From the IMG/VR virus record IMGVR_UViG_3300028887_000078: a DNA stretch of 64,000 bases. The stretch is one strand, 5' to 3'. Position 1 is the first letter of the stretch. Each line of letters starts with the position of its first letter. The stretch is from a virus (taxonomy: Duplodnaviria; Caudoviricetes). This document shows, one piece after another, positions 60,416 through 64,000 of this stretch. Both the position numbers and the translations under genes were made by a program. Below the pieces are notes generated by a model. The model ran no database searches. It had not been told where the DNA came from and saw only the letters and a program-made list of their open reading frames with translations.

Positions 60416-60835
60416 ATGGAGCATACCTATGACTATGTGACAGGAGGCATAAAATCCCTGTTCTATGTGAGAATGCCAAGTGATATGGAATTTTCCGATT
60501 TAATAGGGGATTCTGTGATTTCCATTGATTTCATACGTTTCGGTGAAATCATTATGCGGTGCAAGAACCCCTATATAGCAAACGGAAACCCGTTAGGTGA
60601 CAAAGGTGTTCGGAAACATATTTATGAAATGGTGTGGAAGTCCTTTGACGCAAATGCCGTATGCGGTTCGTACAAGCAACCGTTTGTTGTTGTGTCGCTG
60701 AAAAGAAATGGCGACACCGACAGCGTGCAGACGTTTGAACTCCCTGTGTTCAAACGAATTTTCGACGTTTATGACAAGGAAAGCGACGCCGTGTACCTTA
60801 TTACCTATGCCTCAAGGGAAGTGAAGTTTAATTAA
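60416..60835 (+). CDS. hypothetical protein
   Basis: 139-aa ORF in a plus-strand run. Confidence 0.55.
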   Translation: MEHTYDYVTGGIKSLFYVRMPSDMEFSDLIGDSVISIDFIRFGEIIMRCKNPYIANGNPLGDKGVRKHIYEMVWKSFDANAVCGSYKQPFVVVSLKRNGDTDSVQTFELPVFKRIFDVYDKESDAVYLITYASREVKFN

Positions 60836-60859
60836 AAGGATTATGAAACATACACTCCG

Positions 60860-61828
60860 ATGGGAGTTAATGATATGGGAGAGCGCAATTTAGTAAAAAG
60901 TCCACTCAACTACACCGGCGGCAAATACAGACTTCTTCCGCAGATTCGGCGTTTGTTTCCGAAAGGCATAAGCACATTCATAGACCTTTTTTGCGGAGGC
61001 GGGGATGTTGCCATAAACACAGATTCGAGACGGGTTGTTGCCAATGACATAAACGAAAGTGTATTCGGATTGCTTTCTATGTTTTATGAAACTGAAACAG
61101 ACTATGTGTTCTTAAAAACACAACAACTGATAAGACAATACGGTCTGTCCGATGTGTCCGAAAACGGATATGCTTATTATGGATGTGAAAGCGGTTCGGG
61201 ACTTGGCAAATACAACAGCGAGCGTTATAACAAGATGAGGTCTGACTTCAATAGCACGGACAATAAGGACACCGATTATTGGATTATGCTATACGTCATC
61301 ATACTTTTCTCGTTTAACAACCAAATAAGGTTTAACAGTGACGGGCATTTCAATATGCCTGTCGGAAAGCGCGATTTCAACAAAAATGCAAAAGACAAAC
61401 TTTTCGCTTTTATGAACCGTATAAAAGCGATAGACCTGACCTTGACAAACAAGGACTTCCGAATGTTTGATATGAGTTCGCTTTGTTCTGACGATTTTGT
61501 GTATTGCGACCCGCCGTACCTCATAACCTGTGCGACATACAATGAGAATGGCGGATGGACGCAGAAAGATGATGACGACCTCTATGATATTCTCGACACA
61601 CTCGACAGGAAAGGGATACGGTTCGCTATGTCGAATGTCTTTGAAAACAAAGGCAAGGTCAACCAAACACTAATCAAATGGTCTGCCAAATACAATGTGG
61701 CACATCTTGGCAAAAGTTACCATAATTGCAATTACCATTCTCTTGACAAATCGGAGAACTCCACCGATGAAGTTATGATAATGAATTACAGTATTGAAGA
61801 CAAACCAAAAAAATTTGAACTTTTCTGA
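60860..61828 (+). CDS. DNA adenine methyltransferase (D12/Dam class), orphan
   Basis: SPLNYTGGK, DLFCGG, NDIN, DPPY; no adjacent endonuclease. Confidence 0.9.
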   Translation: MGVNDMGERNLVKSPLNYTGGKYRLLPQIRRLFPKGISTFIDLFCGGGDVAINTDSRRVVANDINESVFGLLSMFYETETDYVFLKTQQLIRQYGLSDVSENGYAYYGCESGSGLGKYNSERYNKMRSDFNSTDNKDTDYWIMLYVIILFSFNNQIRFNSDGHFNMPVGKRDFNKNAKDKLFAFMNRIKAIDLTLTNKDFRMFDMSSLCSDDFVYCDPPYLITCATYNENGGWTQKDDDDLYDILDTLDRKGIRFAMSNVFENKGKVNQTLIKWSAKYNVAHLGKSYHNCNYHSLDKSENSTDEVMIMNYSIEDKPKKFELF

Positions 61829-61847
61829 AATGCAGGGGGTATGACGA

Positions 61848-61903
61848 TTTATAAGTCAAATAACTTATAAACTGCATTTATAAGTCGATTCGCTTATAAA
61901 TGC
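61848..61903. terminator. two tandem related hairpins between convergent genes
   Basis: tttataagt..acttataaa and gcatttataag..cttataaatgc. Confidence 0.55.
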
Positions 61904-61930
61904 CGTTTGCTTTATCCGATTTGGTGTGTT

Positions 61931-62293
61931 TCAGTATGGAAACAAGGAACCCCCGTACAGCGTCTGCCCTGTGTTCAGTTCGCGGTATCTGCTCCCTGAC
62001 ACCGTTGTCTCGCCGTTGTACCATACCAGATTGTTTTTGTTGTCAGGGCGGTTTGTCAGGCGATACCTGTACACGACGTGGTATTTGGACTCTGATGCAC
62101 GACCGCCAACCAAATGCCAAGTACTGCCAATGTCTTCATACTTATCCGTGATAACATATTCGTATCTTGGTGTGCCGTACTTTTTGTCAAGCATCTTGTC
62201 GTGGATGAGCGCATAGATGAATCCTGCGATAAGTGCAAATGTACCAACGATATATGCTGCTTTAGTTATAATGTCTTTGATTTTTCCGCTCAT
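61931..62293 (-). CDS. small membrane protein
   Basis: N-terminal TM helix. Confidence 0.6.
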   Translation of the reverse strand: MSGKIKDIITKAAYIVGTFALIAGFIYALIHDKMLDKKYGTPRYEYVITDKYEDIGSTWHLVGGRASESKYHVVYRYRLTNRPDNKNNLVWYNGETTVSGSRYRELNTGQTLYGGSLFPY

Positions 62294-62320
62294 TGTATTT
62301 GTTTTTTGTTGTTGGAGAAT

Positions 62321-62659
62321 TTATTTCACTGTGTCTTTGTCTGCGTGACAGGGGCAGTCGGGGTCGTGGACAACGCCGCTGTTGCCTCCGTGTGTCGCCC
62401 AGATTTTGAATTGGATGTACTTGTGACCGCCGTACTCGAAGTGTCTGACTGCATTTACCTGTCCGCGTTCACCCGATATGTAGTGCGTTTTTGTATAGAC
62501 ACACTGTGATTCATCTTTCGATACGGTTTCGGAGTTCACAGCGTTGCTTTCACAAGATTGCGAACAGGACGAACGGGGAGAAAAGACAATTACGATTACT
62601 GTTCCAATGACCGTAATCAACATTAAAAATCCAACTAAACCGAAAACTAACTTTTTCAT
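62321..62659 (-). CDS. small membrane protein
   Basis: N-terminal TM helix; FEYGGHKYI..GVVHDPDCPC C-terminal motif. Confidence 0.7.
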   Translation of the reverse strand: MKKLVFGLVGFLMLITVIGTVIVIVFSPRSSCSQSCESNAVNSETVSKDESQCVYTKTHYISGERGQVNAVRHFEYGGHKYIQFKIWATHGGNSGVVHDPDCPCHADKDTVK

Positions 62660-62688
62660 AATACTTTGTTTTTTAATTATTGTTGTTT

Positions 62689-63159
62689 TTAATCGAATAT
62701 TTTAACGTATTCAAACGATTTTCTTATGGTTTCAAGCAGCAACTTGTCGGTTAAAACGAGCATATCGTTTGTGAACGGGATGCTGTAATTGTTTCCTTGA
62801 CCGCAATTATATCCATAATTGCCTCCCATATTACAAGCATTCAGTTGATTATAAAAACGTATAATAGGGTAATAAATGCCATTTGTTTTACACCCATTAT
62901 CTGACTCGAAGACGCCAAGTTCCACGCCGTTGTATCCGAATACGCCAACGCGTGCTCTTTCTGGTTTCCACCAAGATTCGCCCATTCTCGGTGGACAAAT
63001 ATATATGTATGTTCCACATAATTGTATCCTGCCGAGATTGTTGGCGTAGCCATTGAAACATTGAACCCAATTACTTTTGAAGTCTTCGATTTCATTTGTG
63101 TTCATTTCTTTTTTGAAACTTCCAAATGAAGTGATTATATCGTTTTCTATGTTTTCCAT
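62689..63159 (-). CDS. hypothetical protein
   Basis: 156 aa, AACAAAG leader. Confidence 0.6.
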   Translation of the reverse strand: MENIENDIITSFGSFKKEMNTNEIEDFKSNWVQCFNGYANNLGRIQLCGTYIYICPPRMGESWWKPERARVGVFGYNGVELGVFESDNGCKTNGIYYPIIRFYNQLNACNMGGNYGYNCGQGNNYSIPFTNDMLVLTDKLLLETIRKSFEYVKIFD

Positions 63160-63305
63160 AATGCTTTGTTTTTAATGGTTAATGATTCTTCTTTTTTACC
63201 GTACGACCAATTTGACGATTGTTGCGATTGTCGTGAATGTTGCCAAAACTAACTTTTTCATATCTCTTTGTTTTTTGTGGTTATTGTTACTTTGTTTTTA
63301 CGCAG

Positions 63306-63313
63306 CAAAGATA
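63306..63313 (-). promoter_or_regulatory. Bacteroidota sigma-A -7 element TATCTTTG
   Basis: TATCTTTGCTGCG on the minus strand at the head of an early operon. Confidence 0.65.
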
Positions 63314-63457
63314 TACACAATAACAATACAAATGACAAAAAAGTTGAAATTTTTTCCTACTATAAATCAATTACTTATGAAAAAAGTTTCAAAAAACAAC
63401 AAAAAATTCCCCGATTTTTCGGAGCATTTTTCATATTTCTGCAAATTTCCGCATTCT

Positions 63458-64000
63458 TCACTTGTTCTGCGGTTCGTTGTAACCGGGCGTTTTTATCACA
63501 TAGTCCACGTCCTTGTCCGTGTTGGACATAATGTTCGTGTTCGGCATATCGTGTGTCGGTTCGACATTTCCTCCGATGCCGCCGTCGGGGGTTTCCTCCG
63601 CAACTTTGTCGATGTCGGTGTTGTAGTCCACCTCCCCTATGTGGAATTTTGTTATCAGACCGTTCGGGTACAGACCCACGTTTCCGTACTCGTCGGAGCG
63701 CAGGGTCATAACGGTGCCTTTCGTTCCCTTGACCATATCGGCGATTTCATCGTAGAGTATGCCGTGCTCGAACACGGGCATAAAACTCTTGACCTCTATG
63801 TTGAATGTGATTTTGTATTCTTTCTGCGCATCCATTTGGAAGTCTATCGGTCTTTCCTGACTGTAGTCCGTAGGCAGGGTGTATGACGATTGGACGTGCA
63901 TCATACCCAAGTCCACATAAAAGATGTTCACCGAATACAGTTTGGACATAATGGATTCCGTCACCTTCAGCATTTCGAGTTGCGACGAACAGACCATCGT
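63458..64000 (-). CDS. tail completion / sheath stabiliser-like protein (gp15-like), 5' part outside the window
   Basis: LP.DY..E...F......ITFNIEVKSFMPVF pattern; frame open to the window edge. Confidence 0.5.
   Translation of the reverse strand, partial: TMVCSSQLEMLKVTESIMSKLYSVNIFYVDLGMMHVQSSYTLPTDYSQERPIDFQMDAQKEYKITFNIEVKSFMPVFEHGILYDEIADMVKGTKGTVMTLRSDEYGNVGLYPNGLITKFHIGEVDYNTDIDKVAEETPDGGIGGNVEPTHDMPNTNIMSNTDKDVDYVIKTPGYNEPQNK

Noticed and set aside
63182-63886. 234-aa plus-strand ORF
   Set aside because: It spans an AT-rich promoter region and the antisense strand of the gp15-like gene, with low-complexity composition
1-64000. TAG-to-Gln recoding as in Lak megaphages
   Set aside because: Long genes are intact in code 11, the Gln-rich fibre uses only CAA and CAG, and TAG ends several genes at sensible positions (baseplate wedge, fibre, nrdD)
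1-64000. tRNA or rRNA genes, and a diversity-generating retroelement
   Set aside because: I recognised no cloverleaf, reverse transcriptase or template/variable repeat pair by eye; tRNAscan-SE and a DGR search would be needed to exclude them formally

Overview
This is 64 kb of a T4-like jumbo phage genome in the standard genetic code. The host is probably a Bacteroidota anaerobe: TAnnTTTG promoters, A-rich leaders without Shine-Dalgarno sites, class III RNR, Bacteroidota-phage-type fibre domain. Structural genes: portal (gp20-like), baseplate gp6/gp25/gp5-like, gp2-like end protector, gp15-like tail protein, a 1973-aa tape-measure candidate and a 3382-aa collagen-like fibre. Accessory and metabolic genes: NrdD with intein plus NrdG, PhoH, RuvC-like resolvase, adenine MTase, ferritin/Dps, double-domain GroES, AAA ATPase, FkbM MTase, RtcB-PrfH, CCA-adding enzyme and an unannotated ArfA-like small ORF. 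There are four TnpB-related loci. The most notable signals are: (1) two transposase-less cassettes with the same 26-bp terminal inverted repeats and about 8-bp target duplications, one carrying an intact tnpB and the other a late-promoter gene with a capsid-targeting-like N-terminus; (2) a TGATATATCA-N-TGATATATCA double palindrome whose six intergenic copies all lie at strand-switch junctions; (3) a phage ribosome rescue and RNA repair toolkit; (4) a set of enzymes sharing a capsid-targeting-like leader. All product calls come from motif recognition by eye; no database searches were run.
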